63,720 bases of DNA, from NCBI GenBank assembly GCA_017964755.1, contig JAGCRI010000130.1, positions 1 to 63,720 on the forward strand, written 5' to 3'. Source of the DNA: Bacteroidales bacterium. Lineage in GTDB: Bacteria > Bacteroidota > Bacteroidia > Bacteroidales > WCHB1-69. The position numbers and the translations under genes are program-made. Below, in pieces: positions 1 to 7,295 of the stretch (position 1 is the first letter of the stretch; every line of letters starts with the position of its first letter). A model generated the notes under the pieces. The model saw nothing but the letters and a program-made list of their open reading frames with translations. It was not told the DNA's origin and did no database searches.

Positions 1-141
1 ACCATTGCCATCCCATACTTCCTCAAAGAAGTGCATAAGCAATTTCAGTGCCCAACTTGTCTTTCCATTACCAGTGCTTTTGCTGCAAATGAACAAATTA
101 CCGCCAAGCTCGACAAATTCTTTAATATCCTTCTTAACGCT
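1..141. repeat. Terminal overlap. Bases 1-141 are identical to 63580-63720, so the window is a circularly closed or terminally redundant 63,579-bp unit
   Basis: Visual base-by-base comparison of the first and last 141 nt (accattgccatcccatacttcc...atccttcttaacgct). Confidence 0.95.
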
Positions 142-387
142 GTCCAAAGTAACAAATTTATCATAATCACAATCGTCTGGAATTAGTTTCACCGGCTGCT
201 GTTTTGCCTTTGGAATGCCGCTTGAATCCATCAAAAAACGCATTTCAAGGTATTTGATGCAGTTTTCACAATTTAAATCCGAGCATACTTCTTTATACCA
301 GCATTCATCAGAAAACTGCTTTCTTTCCTTCTGCTTCCATTTTAGCTCTGAATTGTTCACGCTTTTCTGCATCCTCCTTTGTATCAT
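1..387 (-). CDS. DnaC/DnaI-like replicative helicase loader, N-terminal segment of a gene that wraps the window junction and continues at 63235..63579
   Basis: Hand translation from ATG 387 (alternative ATG 372) gives MIQRRMQKSVNNSELKWKQKERKQFSDECWYKEVCSDLNCENCIKYLEMRF...GGNLFICSKSTGNGKT. This is in frame with ORF 63235..63675 across the overlap (345+387 nt = 244 codons on the circle). It has a Cys cluster followed by a Walker A motif. The start is uncertain and overlaps the 3' end of 308..1129. Confidence 0.6.
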   Translation of the reverse strand, partial: MIQRRMQKSVNNSELKWKQKERKQFSDECWYKEVCSDLNCENCIKYLEMRFLMDSSGIPKAKQQPVKLIPDDCDYDKFVTLDSVKKDIKEFVELGGNLFICSKSTGNGKTSWALKLLMHFFEEVWDGNG

Positions 388-1129
388 TTATGACGACCCC
401 GCTGCCGGATTCGTGAATAGCATCATGTGTTGATTTGCCTTGCTTGTAATTGTTCACGGGAAAGAACGATAAATAACATCTATCAATACTTTGCTGCACA
501 ATTTCACAAAGCAATGTAGCACTATCTGAATAAGATGCGAGTTTATTCAGCATTCCTTTGAATTGATTAGCGTACAGAGGTTTATCCTTAATTTCAAGCC
601 GCATGTTTAAATAGGTGAATAATAATTTTTGCAATGCGGGAATATCTGTAAAACCATAAATCATGGCAGAACATTTTGTATATAGATTTGATTTTTTCTT
701 TTTGGGTTTACCGAGCTCAAAATTCTGTACTAATTCTTTAGAATTAGTTTTATTTTTACTTTCTTTTATATTTTTATTATATATATTATTAGGTAAAATT
801 TCTTTATCACCACCTGGTAAAATTTCTTTATCACCCGGGTAAAATTTTTTTACTACCTCGTTTGTTACTGCATAACTATCTGTATGAATATGATCTGTAC
901 TTTTCTCAACCGTGATATATTCAGACTCTAATAATTTTTTTAAGGCGTTATCAACTGTTGGTAACGTGATATTAAACGTATCTGCTATATATTTTCTTCC
1001 ACCAGAAAATCTTGATACGCCATCTTGTGAAAATCCGTTAATAAGTGCAAATATAAGTAATTCATTTCCACCCAGATTTAACTCGTTGCACATCCAGCCC
1101 TGAATGACTATAAAATTATTAGAATTCAT
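308..1129 (-). CDS. Replisome organizer / DnaD-like replication initiation protein
   Basis: 273-aa ORF with an N-terminal wHTH-like segment (GGNELLIFALINGF..RKYIADTFNITLPTVDNALKKL) and a DnaD-like C-terminal segment (FTDIPALQKLLFTYLNMRL). It lies directly upstream of the loader, DnaB and primase genes. Confidence 0.5.
   Translation of the reverse strand: MNSNNFIVIQGWMCNELNLGGNELLIFALINGFSQDGVSRFSGGRKYIADTFNITLPTVDNALKKLLESEYITVEKSTDHIHTDSYAVTNEVVKKFYPGDKEILPGGDKEILPNNIYNKNIKESKNKTNSKELVQNFELGKPKKKKSNLYTKCSAMIYGFTDIPALQKLLFTYLNMRLEIKDKPLYANQFKGMLNKLASYSDSATLLCEIVQQSIDRCYLSFFPVNNYKQGKSTHDAIHESGSGVVINDTKEDAEKREQFRAKMEAEGKKAVF
792..857. repeat. Tandem 24-nt direct repeats (candidate iterons) next to an AT-rich tract inside the organizer gene
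   Basis: ggtaaaatttctttatcacc occurs at 792-811 and 816-835, with a partial third copy ggtaaaattttttt from 838. A very AT-rich tract at 735-791 precedes it. The repeats encode GDKEILPGGDKEILP. Confidence 0.7.
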
Positions 1130-1533
1130 TATTTTTCCTCCTTAAATATGGAATGATAAACGGCGTGACAGTTTGGACAAATTTTTACAGTTTCTTTACC
1201 GCCCTTTGCTTTTGATATTGGAAAATGGTGTTCGTGTAGGACATAGCATTTTCGGCGGCACCATTCACAAGTTTTTCCTTTGTTTACTGTGTCTAACACA
1301 AATTGTTTTGCTTCTTGTGGCGTTTTAATAAACTCAATATATCCTTTATTTGCAAGTCTATTTTTTATTTTTAAAATTGTTGATCTTGAAAAATTTGCAC
1401 TCATTATTTCATCCGCTTTAATAGTATCTTTACCATACGCATTATATATCGCCAAGTAAAATCTATCGTTTAACGGAATTTCAAGCATCCAAATTTCTGC
1501 TGGAACATAAACACCTTCAAAATTCTTATTCAT
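1129..1533 (-). CDS. HNH (His-Me finger) endonuclease with an N-terminal wHTH-like domain
   Basis: The C-terminus reads CEWCRRKCYVLHEHHFPISKAKGG..ICPNCHAVYH (two CxxC pairs plus HNH histidines). It has its own promoter and a long leader upstream. Confidence 0.65.
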   Translation of the reverse strand: MNKNFEGVYVPAEIWMLEIPLNDRFYLAIYNAYGKDTIKADEIMSANFSRSTILKIKNRLANKGYIEFIKTPQEAKQFVLDTVNKGKTCEWCRRKCYVLHEHHFPISKAKGGKETVKICPNCHAVYHSIFKEEK

Positions 1534-1548
1534 TATTCGCTGCCCCCT

Positions 1549-1651
1549 AAAAATTAAAGTCTATACAAAAGCGCCACCACACGCTAATGTATAGACCAGT
1601 CAGCCTGTACTCCTATGAGGTTTCTATATGCAAGCACCGTGGTGGGAGCGC
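1549..1651 (-). promoter_or_regulatory. Structured 5' leader with two mutually exclusive helices (attenuator-like)
   Basis: On the minus-strand RNA, helix GCGCUCCCACCAC (1651-1639) / GUGUGGUGGCGC (1584-1571) competes with hairpin GUCUAUAC (1596-1589) / GUAUAGAC (1566-1559). The hairpin is followed by UUUAAUUUUU (1558-1549), just upstream of the RBS GGGGG. Confidence 0.35.
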
Positions 1652-1707
1652 AAGCTAACCTGTTTGTTACGGTTGAGAATTCCTATTTCTCTTTAACCGT
1701 CTATAAT

Positions 1708-1736
1708 ATTATACTATAAAAAACTGAAAAAGTAAA
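1708..1736 (-). promoter_or_regulatory. Sigma-A-type promoter (family member)
   Basis: The reverse complement reads TTTACT-17 nt-TATAAT, and the flanks aaaaactatTTACTtttt are shared with the other copies. Confidence 0.6.
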
Positions 1737-1754
1737 TAGTTTTTGCAAATTTAA

Positions 1755-1967
1755 TTATTTGTTAAAAGTTTTGAGAATTTCAGCGATTTGATCATCGCAC
1801 TGTTGATTCACAGTGTTCCACAAGTCTTTTCGCTCCTCTTCAATGTCGATTCCTTCCATGTCAGGAATCATTCTTTCTTCCTGCGCTTCTACTGTATAAT
1901 AGGATTCTCCAATCTTCACACTTGCTCTGCTTGTGAATTTAATTGTCGTTGTGATTGCTTTCGACAT
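1755..1967 (-). CDS. Hypothetical protein
   Basis: ORF with RBS GGGAGGA 7 nt upstream of ATG 1967 (MSKAITTTIKF...). Confidence 0.5.
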   Translation of the reverse strand: MSKAITTTIKFTSRASVKIGESYYTVEAQEERMIPDMEGIDIEEERKDLWNTVNQQCDDQIAEILKTFNK

Positions 1968-2136
1968 TTTTATTTCCTCCCATTGTAAAGATATAATCAA
2001 GAAGTGTTTTTGGTGCTTCTTTCATTGCTTCAATCTGTTTGATTTCGCGTTCTTTCTTTGCGCTAATAAATCCAAGAACGCCAATAAAAATAACAGTTGC
2101 GCAGATAATAGCTGTAATAATCACGCCAGTGCTCAT
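1939..2136 (-). CDS. Small membrane protein (one TM helix)
   Basis: RBS AAGGAGGTG upstream and a hydrophobic N-terminus MSTGVIITAIICATVIFIGVLGFI. Confidence 0.5.
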   Translation of the reverse strand: MSTGVIITAIICATVIFIGVLGFISAKKEREIKQIEAMKEAPKTLLDYIFTMGGNKNVESNHNDN

Positions 2137-2531
2137 GTTCTCACCTCCTTATTTTTCACGACTTTCAAAGTCGGAATTTCTTTAACAATAACGCAGGCTG
2201 AAAGTTCATCTTGCACTTCTTTTGGTAGTTCATCGTGATAAATTGCAGACTCAAGAGCATCCATATCCACATAAGGCTTTAATTTAACGATTTTCCCGTC
2301 AAATCCGCGTTTTTGCAGAATAGCAATAACTTTACCTTCGTCCATTGTTTCCCGGCGTTGTAGCGTAAATTTTGCGGTATAAGAGCCAGTATCAAACGAA
2401 TCAAGATTTTCGTCTTGCATAATCTGTTTGATTTCTTTTCCGCGATCATCAACATCTTTCTTTGCCGCTTCAAATCTTGATTTTACTTCTGCAAAAGCAT
2501 CAACCAACATTGTTAATTTATTTGTTTGCAT
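2133..2531 (-). CDS. Hypothetical protein, possibly of the Gp157-like family found in siphophage replication modules
   Basis: 132-aa ORF with RBS AAGGAGGA and a coiled-coil N-terminus. The family assignment is tentative. Confidence 0.45.
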   Translation of the reverse strand: MQTNKLTMLVDAFAEVKSRFEAAKKDVDDRGKEIKQIMQDENLDSFDTGSYTAKFTLQRRETMDEGKVIAILQKRGFDGKIVKLKPYVDMDALESAIYHDELPKEVQDELSACVIVKEIPTLKVVKNKEVRT

Positions 2532-2542
2532 TTTTTCCTCCT

Positions 2543-3628
2543 TTAACTTAATAGGAATTCAAGTAATTCTTCTTTATTCTTTGTGATAACACCATCAACA
2601 ATTGTATCTGCAAGCAATCCCTTGTTTTCAACGATTTGATGGATTCTTTCGTCAATGGTATCTTTACACATAATGGTGTAGATTGTGATGTTTTCATTCT
2701 GACTAATTCTGTGGCAGCGGTCAACACATTGTTCTTTCAGTGCCATATTCCACGGTTCATCCAGGAAGATTTCAACTGTTCCGGCGGTTAATGTCAGCCC
2801 CGTTCCCATTGCTCCAATCGTACCAATGATATATTTGCAATCAGGGTTATTTTGAAAATGATTCACATTAACTTGCCGCTCAACATCCGCTGTCTGCCCT
2901 GTAATAACCACTCCCTTATATTTTCGTTTTAACCTCGTCGCAATAATATCAGTCATCTGTGTCCAGTTGCTGAATATAACGACTTTTTTTCCGTTTCCGA
3001 CTACTTCATCAACCAGTTCCTCCATTCTGTCAAGTTTTGCGCTTTCAGCAACAGTTGAGGAAAGAATACCTGTATAGCCTGTTGCTTGACGCATTCTAAT
3101 TAACTCCGCAAGCGGATTATTAGCCATTTTGATTTGATCTATATTTGCTTTAATTGCTGCCGTTACTTCTTTGTAGATTTGTTCTTGCTTCGGCGTCATT
3201 TCGACAAATTCATTGATATACGTTTTCTCCGGCAAGTCAAGCACATCTTCTTTTCTTCTGCGCAGCATGATCTGATTTAACTGGTCTTGCAGTTCCGATA
3301 GATTCTTATATCCAGTTATTTCATAACCGCCGAAACCGCCAAAGACGCAGTAATGCTTTTTATATTGATAAAATGCGTGTCGTTCATAACCAAGCCATTT
3401 TAAAATGATAAACAAATCGAGCGGATTATTCATTAACGGTGTTCCGGTCATTGCAATCATTGTGTCTGCTTGCATTTTAAGAAACGCCTTGCCCTGCTGA
3501 CTTGTTGGATTTTTACAATTATGCACTAATACACCGTTTGCATAATAGTTGTGATTATCTTCCACCTCAATGTCATACGCAAAAATAGAAATATCATCTT
3601 CATATTCCTTGCTTATTAGCCTTGCCAT
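2543..3628 (-). CDS. SNF2-family helicase, C-terminal fragment: 37-aa C-intein followed by the C-extein (helicase C-terminal domain)
   Basis: Starts MARLISKEYEDDISIFAYDIEVEDNHNYYANGVLVHN|CKNPTSQQGKAF. HN followed by the +1 Cys (codon 3515-3517) matches intein blocks F/G. Downstream are SNF2 motifs (MTGTPLMNN, later GTGLTLTAG..DEPWN). The ORF-track GTG at 3640 is an alternative start. Confidence 0.85.
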   Translation of the reverse strand: MARLISKEYEDDISIFAYDIEVEDNHNYYANGVLVHNCKNPTSQQGKAFLKMQADTMIAMTGTPLMNNPLDLFIILKWLGYERHAFYQYKKHYCVFGGFGGYEITGYKNLSELQDQLNQIMLRRRKEDVLDLPEKTYINEFVEMTPKQEQIYKEVTAAIKANIDQIKMANNPLAELIRMRQATGYTGILSSTVAESAKLDRMEELVDEVVGNGKKVVIFSNWTQMTDIIATRLKRKYKGVVITGQTADVERQVNVNHFQNNPDCKYIIGTIGAMGTGLTLTAGTVEIFLDEPWNMALKEQCVDRCHRISQNENITIYTIMCKDTIDERIHQIVENKGLLADTIVDGVITKNKEELLEFLLS

Positions 3629-4374
3629 TTGTTTAACCACTCCTCAAGTTTTCCAGCATCAATATCATTGTGTGAAAACCGTACCACAGTGAACCCTAAA
3701 AATTTCAAACACTTATCCTTTTTAGCATCCAATTTCTTTTGTTCCGCACTTTCGTGTGTTTTTCCGTCAATTTCTACACACACTTTTGATTTTAAATTTA
3801 CAAAATCGGGCTTATAATTATCTGCGAAACGATCTTCCGGAAAAGCTCTTTTCGCAACTTTGGTTGGAATAGCAAAGTTATACACAAACCCAAGTTTTGT
3901 AAATTTATCAAAATATTTTTGTTCGTATTCAGATATTTTTCCGTTTCCGTATTTATAGTTATTTCTATAACTACCATTTTTTAATCGCGTTGAAACTGCT
4001 TTTTCAATAACTCCGTTCATGTGAACTGGATTATTTTCAGTCATTCTAATATAATTATTTTTTCTGAATTCGGCATCTTTCCATCTGTTTTTTAGCGCCT
4101 TTGACATTTTTTGTTTTGCTTCTTCGCTCATTTTATTCGATCCAAGGGCGCTATTTCTCCAAAGTGCCGAACAGCTTGTTGAACAAAATCTTTGTTTACT
4201 ACGCGATTCAACTTTAAATTCTTTTCCACACCATTCGCATTCTTTTGTCATTCGCTCTGCAAGTAAAACGCCTTTTCTATTCCTGTCTGCACATTGTTTT
4301 GAACAAAACTTTCTTTCCGGTCTTCCAGAAAATTCTTTTCCGCAAAACTGACATTTTTTAATCAATAAAATCAC
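3616..4374 (-). CDS. Free-standing homing endonuclease, Vsr/DUF559-like nuclease domain with two N-terminal zinc ribbons
   Basis: Duplicated zinc-ribbon motifs CQFCGKEF..FCSKQC and CEWCGKEF..FCSTSC. The C-terminus reads KPDFVNLKSKVCVEIDGKTHES..LGFTVVRFSHNDI (Vsr-like D..E.K). Start codon is GTG at 4374. The 3' end overlaps the C-intein start by 13-25 nt. Confidence 0.65.
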   Translation of the reverse strand: MILLIKKCQFCGKEFSGRPERKFCSKQCADRNRKGVLLAERMTKECEWCGKEFKVESRSKQRFCSTSCSALWRNSALGSNKMSEEAKQKMSKALKNRWKDAEFRKNNYIRMTENNPVHMNGVIEKAVSTRLKNGSYRNNYKYGNGKISEYEQKYFDKFTKLGFVYNFAIPTKVAKRAFPEDRFADNYKPDFVNLKSKVCVEIDGKTHESAEQKKLDAKKDKCLKFLGFTVVRFSHNDIDAGKLEEWLNKWQG

Positions 4375-4395
4375 CTACTCTTTATTTTATGTAAT

Positions 4396-4424
4396 ATTAT
4401 AACACATAAAATAAAGAAAGTCAA
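4396..4424 (-). promoter_or_regulatory. Sigma-A-type promoter serving the endonuclease gene
   Basis: The reverse complement reads TTGACT-17 nt-TATAAT, located between the N-fragment stop (4435) and the endonuclease start (4374). Confidence 0.65.
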
Positions 4425-4434
4425 GTGTTATACA

Positions 4435-5448
4435 CTAAAATTCTTCTATTTCATCGTTTTCAGTTAAATCTTTAGCACAAACCCATCCTCTATTCTTTGT
4501 ATAAAATTTATGCTCGTCTGTACACTTGACGGTTTTTATTCCTTCTTTTGTTTCTACTCTTAATATCAAAAATTTTTGCATTGTGGTATTTTCAAACATT
4601 CGTTTAATCGGTTTCCATTCGCGCTCTCCTGTCTGAATATTATAGCTTAATACGCTATCAATACAAATTTTCCCAGTTACAATATCGCCTATTTTCACTT
4701 CGCCTTTGTTTGTTACAACCAGTGTATCATAATCAAAGCATTTATGCACTTCATCAGCAACAATCATCTGAATCTTTTTTGCTTTGAACAACTCAACCAT
4801 TTTTGTTTGAATAGCCGTATCTCGAAGCGTTTCAATATTCGTGATTATAAAATAATGATTTAGTAAATCTAAATTATATAAATCCTCGAGCTTGTCTTTA
4901 TTTGAGCCAACTCTTGTTTTGCCGTTCCGCAATTTTCGTTGTCCAAGAATCCAAGCAGATTCATTCGAATGGGTATTTACTTCATTAACCCAGTTCCATT
5001 TCAACGAATTAACTCCGCAGATAATTAGACAATGTGTATATCCATTCTGCTGTTTCTTGGCAACGGCTATATCAACACTTTCTTTTGTTTTACCTAAACC
5101 CATTTCATCCGCAAGCAGAAACTTATCATATTTCATTCCATAATTAAAACATTCAAGTTGATGTTTATAAGGCTTCGTTTTGAAGGCAAAATTAGTAATT
5201 ATAGGCGTTTTGTCTTTTTCTAATATACTTTTATTATCAACGATTTCAAAACGAAATTCGGGCAGTTTTTGCTGTAATTCCGCGAGCTTATAAATAGGTA
5301 GCTCCCACTCTCGAGTCGAGGGCTCATAATATCTCTGCGGAAATTCTTTAATTGTCTGAATTATATGATAATCATATTGAAATGAAACGAAGATTGAACA
5401 TTCGCCATTGCACTTTTGCGATGGTCTTGTTTCAACTTTTATTGTCAT
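4435..5448 (-). CDS. SNF2-family helicase, N-terminal fragment: N-extein (4741..5448) followed by a 101-aa N-intein (4438..4740)
   Basis: Motif I is LADEMGLGKT and motif II is IVADEVHK. At Cys codon 4738-4740 the sequence switches to CFDYDTLVVTNKG..(block A)..KCTDEHKFYT (block B, TxxH) and then a stop. The N-intein length is similar to DnaE-type N-inteins. Confidence 0.85.
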   Translation of the reverse strand: MTIKVETRPSQKCNGECSIFVSFQYDYHIIQTIKEFPQRYYEPSTREWELPIYKLAELQQKLPEFRFEIVDNKSILEKDKTPIITNFAFKTKPYKHQLECFNYGMKYDKFLLADEMGLGKTKESVDIAVAKKQQNGYTHCLIICGVNSLKWNWVNEVNTHSNESAWILGQRKLRNGKTRVGSNKDKLEDLYNLDLLNHYFIITNIETLRDTAIQTKMVELFKAKKIQMIVADEVHKCFDYDTLVVTNKGEVKIGDIVTGKICIDSVLSYNIQTGEREWKPIKRMFENTTMQKFLILRVETKEGIKTVKCTDEHKFYTKNRGWVCAKDLTENDEIEEF

Positions 5449-5641
5449 TTACTTTCACAAATCCTTTTCGCTGTTTTAGAAATTCATCAACGGAATTCCA
5501 ACCCATTTCATAGATATTCATTTTTACTCGGGAAGTCATTGTTCCAGAAATCCAAGCTTCTGTAATATATTCTCCGGTATCGCTGTCAACAGTTGTTATT
5601 CTTCCAACAGCGCCAGTGCTCATCTGTCGTTTGTAAATCAT
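5432..5641 (-). CDS. Hypothetical protein
   Basis: 69-aa ORF with RBS GAGGTGGG, tightly packed with its neighbours. Confidence 0.45.
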   Translation of the reverse strand: MIYKRQMSTGAVGRITTVDSDTGEYITEAWISGTMTSRVKMNIYEMGWNSVDEFLKQRKGFVKVNDNKS

Positions 5642-5650
5642 AAGCCCACC

Positions 5651-5818
5651 TCAATACAAAATATTGCAATCTCTTTTTCTCGCAAGCCTTAATTTACATT
5701 TTCCAAGCTGTACATACACGAAACGCTTATTGAATTCAATAACCTTGAATTTTTCGCCTTGTTTAATAACTCCCCATCCCGGAATATTCATATCGTGTTT
5801 CAATTCAATTTTTCTCAC
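5651..5818 (-). CDS. Small hypothetical protein (55 aa, hand-called)
   Basis: GTG 5818 lies 7 nt after AAAGGGG. Translation: VRKIELKHDMNIPGWGVIKQGEKFKVIEFNKRFVYVQLGKCKLRLARKRDCNILY. The ORF is below the ORF-track length cutoff. Confidence 0.4.
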   Translation of the reverse strand: MRKIELKHDMNIPGWGVIKQGEKFKVIEFNKRFVYVQLGKCKLRLARKRDCNILY

Positions 5819-5835
5819 TATAATACCCCTTTCTT

Positions 5836-5864
5836 ATTATATACTATCTGTTTTGAAAAGTAAA
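5836..5864 (-). promoter_or_regulatory. Sigma-A-type promoter (family member)
   Basis: The reverse complement reads TTTACT-17 nt-TATAAT with conserved flanks. Confidence 0.6.
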
Positions 5865-5914
5865 TAGTTTTTTAAAAATTTTTGCCCTCGTAACCTCCGG
5901 GGCGGGATAAATTT

Positions 5915-6106
5915 TTATGCTTCTACTGGATGTCCGTTTTCAAAAATAACTGCAACCCAAAATCCGTGTCTTTTTTCAAAATCTCTTTCGCTCTCGGTGT
6001 AAGCAACTTTAATTTCTTCGCCATTACTCATCAACCAAGCAATTCCGAATTTTTGGCTAATATGTTCTGCGATTTTTATTAAATCTGCAAGCTCAAAATT
6101 CATCAT
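5915..6106 (-). CDS. Hypothetical protein
   Basis: 63-aa ORF with RBS AAAGAGG. It is the first gene after promoter 6153..6180. Confidence 0.45.
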   Translation of the reverse strand: MMNFELADLIKIAEHISQKFGIAWLMSNGEEIKVAYTESERDFEKRHGFWVAVIFENGHPVEA

Positions 6107-6152
6107 TGTTTTATACCTCTTTCATTTTTGTTTTTGTCTTTTGACATTTATT

Positions 6153-6180
6153 ATTATAATGATATTTTTGAAAAAGTCAA
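6153..6180 (-). promoter_or_regulatory. Sigma-A-type promoter (family member), the first promoter after the late-region terminator
   Basis: The reverse complement reads TTGACT-16 nt-TATAAT. Confidence 0.6.
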
Positions 6181-6202
6181 TAGTTTTTTCAAAAAAACTT
6201 TG

Positions 6203-6241
6203 AAAAAAAATAAAAAAAAATCGAGGAATCAAATTTCCTCG
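6203..6241 (-). terminator. Rho-independent terminator closing the late/accessory region
   Basis: Minus-strand hairpin CGAGGAA-AUUUGA-UUCCUCG (6241-6222) followed by AUUUUUUUUUAUUUUUUUU. The stop codon of 6229..6594 sits in the loop. Confidence 0.75.
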
Positions 6242-6594
6242 GTTAATCTTGATATACATCTATGTATTTCTGCTCGTTCTCCATCAGTATTTGTATTTGT
6301 ATATAATAGTTTAAGCAGGTCAAAAATCTCAATGCAAAGCAGTTTCAATTTATATATCATGTTTTCTTCTTCTGCGCCAGTTAATTGAAACTTTGTTTTC
6401 GTTTCTACATATTTTTCATAGGCAGGTAAAATGTCGGAAAGTTCTTTTTCAACGTCTGTTTGTTTTATTGATTCTTGATCGTTTTCAAAGCGGTCTTTAA
6501 CTTCATAAAGGGCTGCTAAATCTCTAACATTATTATAGGTTGTATCGCTTTGTTTTAGCTCATCTATCATTTCGTTTATAATATTTATATCCAT
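6229..6594 (-). CDS. Hypothetical helical protein, a short paralog of 6642..7277
   Basis: The C-terminal motif DGERAEIHRCISRL matches EKDRRAIEQCIERI of the neighbouring gene, and the N-termini are similar. Confidence 0.5.
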   Translation of the reverse strand: MDINIINEMIDELKQSDTTYNNVRDLAALYEVKDRFENDQESIKQTDVEKELSDILPAYEKYVETKTKFQLTGAEEENMIYKLKLLCIEIFDLLKLLYTNTNTDGERAEIHRCISRLTEEI

Positions 6595-6605
6595 ATTTTC
6601 ACCTC

Positions 6606-6640
6606 ATAAAAGGGCGATATTTCTACCGCCCTCTTTTTTG
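6606..6640. terminator. GC hairpin with flanking A and T runs, a possible bidirectional terminator/attenuator
   Basis: AGGGCG (6611-6616) pairs with CGCCCT (6627-6632). A T6 run follows on the plus strand and U4 follows on the minus strand. Confidence 0.4.
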
Positions 6641-6641
6641 T

Positions 6642-7277
6642 TTACTTGCTGATGCGTTCGATGCACTGCTCAATCGCTCTGCGGTCTTTTTCGTTGGAAG
6701 CGTTGTCAAGCATAGATTCGAGCCTGTCAAGCATGTGTTCCTTTTCCTCGTGTCTGCTATATTCATAGCTTCCACCGTCACGACTCACATAGCGTCCTGT
6801 TCTTGCATCTCTGCCGCGTCTGTAACTTGAGCCACCATAGCTGCCGCCGTCATGTTCATAGCTTTGTCCATCATAACTTGACCGATAGCTTCCTCGATTA
6901 GCATAGTCGCGATTGGAAGATTCATGCGATTCGCCCATAGCAGTTCCTTCATTCCAATTAGGTTGCTTATCATAGCTACCGCCCCGATAACTCCCATCAT
7001 TGGAGTGGTCCATACTTCTGCCGTCGTAGCCGTAACCTTTCATGAACCAAGGATAATGAGTGGAATAACCTTCATTAGAATAGCCGCGCTGTGAATATTC
7101 GCCCTGAGATTCCTTTTCTTCAGCTTTTTTCATAGCTTCTTTGGTCTCGAAGTCAAGGCAAATAGCAGAGGCTTTGTAAAGACTATCAAGCTCCTGCGGA
7201 GTGATGTCTCCTTTTTTTACGATTTTCTTAATCTGATCTTCAAGGATTTCCTTGATAGCTTCATATTTTTTATCCAT
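6642..7277 (-). CDS. Low-complexity G/S/Y/R-rich protein with helical N- and C-terminal caps
   Basis: The second ATG (MDKKY) has correct spacing from AAAGGAGG. The central ~120 aa are rich in GSY/RGR (GGSYDKQ..GGSYGGSSYRRGRDARTGRYVSRDGGSYEY). Confidence 0.55.
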   Translation of the reverse strand: MDKKYEAIKEILEDQIKKIVKKGDITPQELDSLYKASAICLDFETKEAMKKAEEKESQGEYSQRGYSNEGYSTHYPWFMKGYGYDGRSMDHSNDGSYRGGSYDKQPNWNEGTAMGESHESSNRDYANRGSYRSSYDGQSYEHDGGSYGGSSYRRGRDARTGRYVSRDGGSYEYSRHEEKEHMLDRLESMLDNASNEKDRRAIEQCIERISK

Positions 7278-7295
7278 TGTAGACATCCTCCTTTC

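Larger units (their letters stand above)
3518..4740 (-). mobile_element. Split intein (N-part 4438..4740, C-part 3518..3628) with a free-standing homing endonuclease gene and promoter between the halves
   Basis: See the component features. The element interrupts SNF2 exactly after helicase motif II (DEVHK). Confidence 0.8.

Noticed and set aside
215-433. Plus-strand 72-aa ORF at the window start
   Set aside because: It overlaps the minus-strand organizer and DnaC-like coding frames, which join in frame across the circle junction. It has no RBS.
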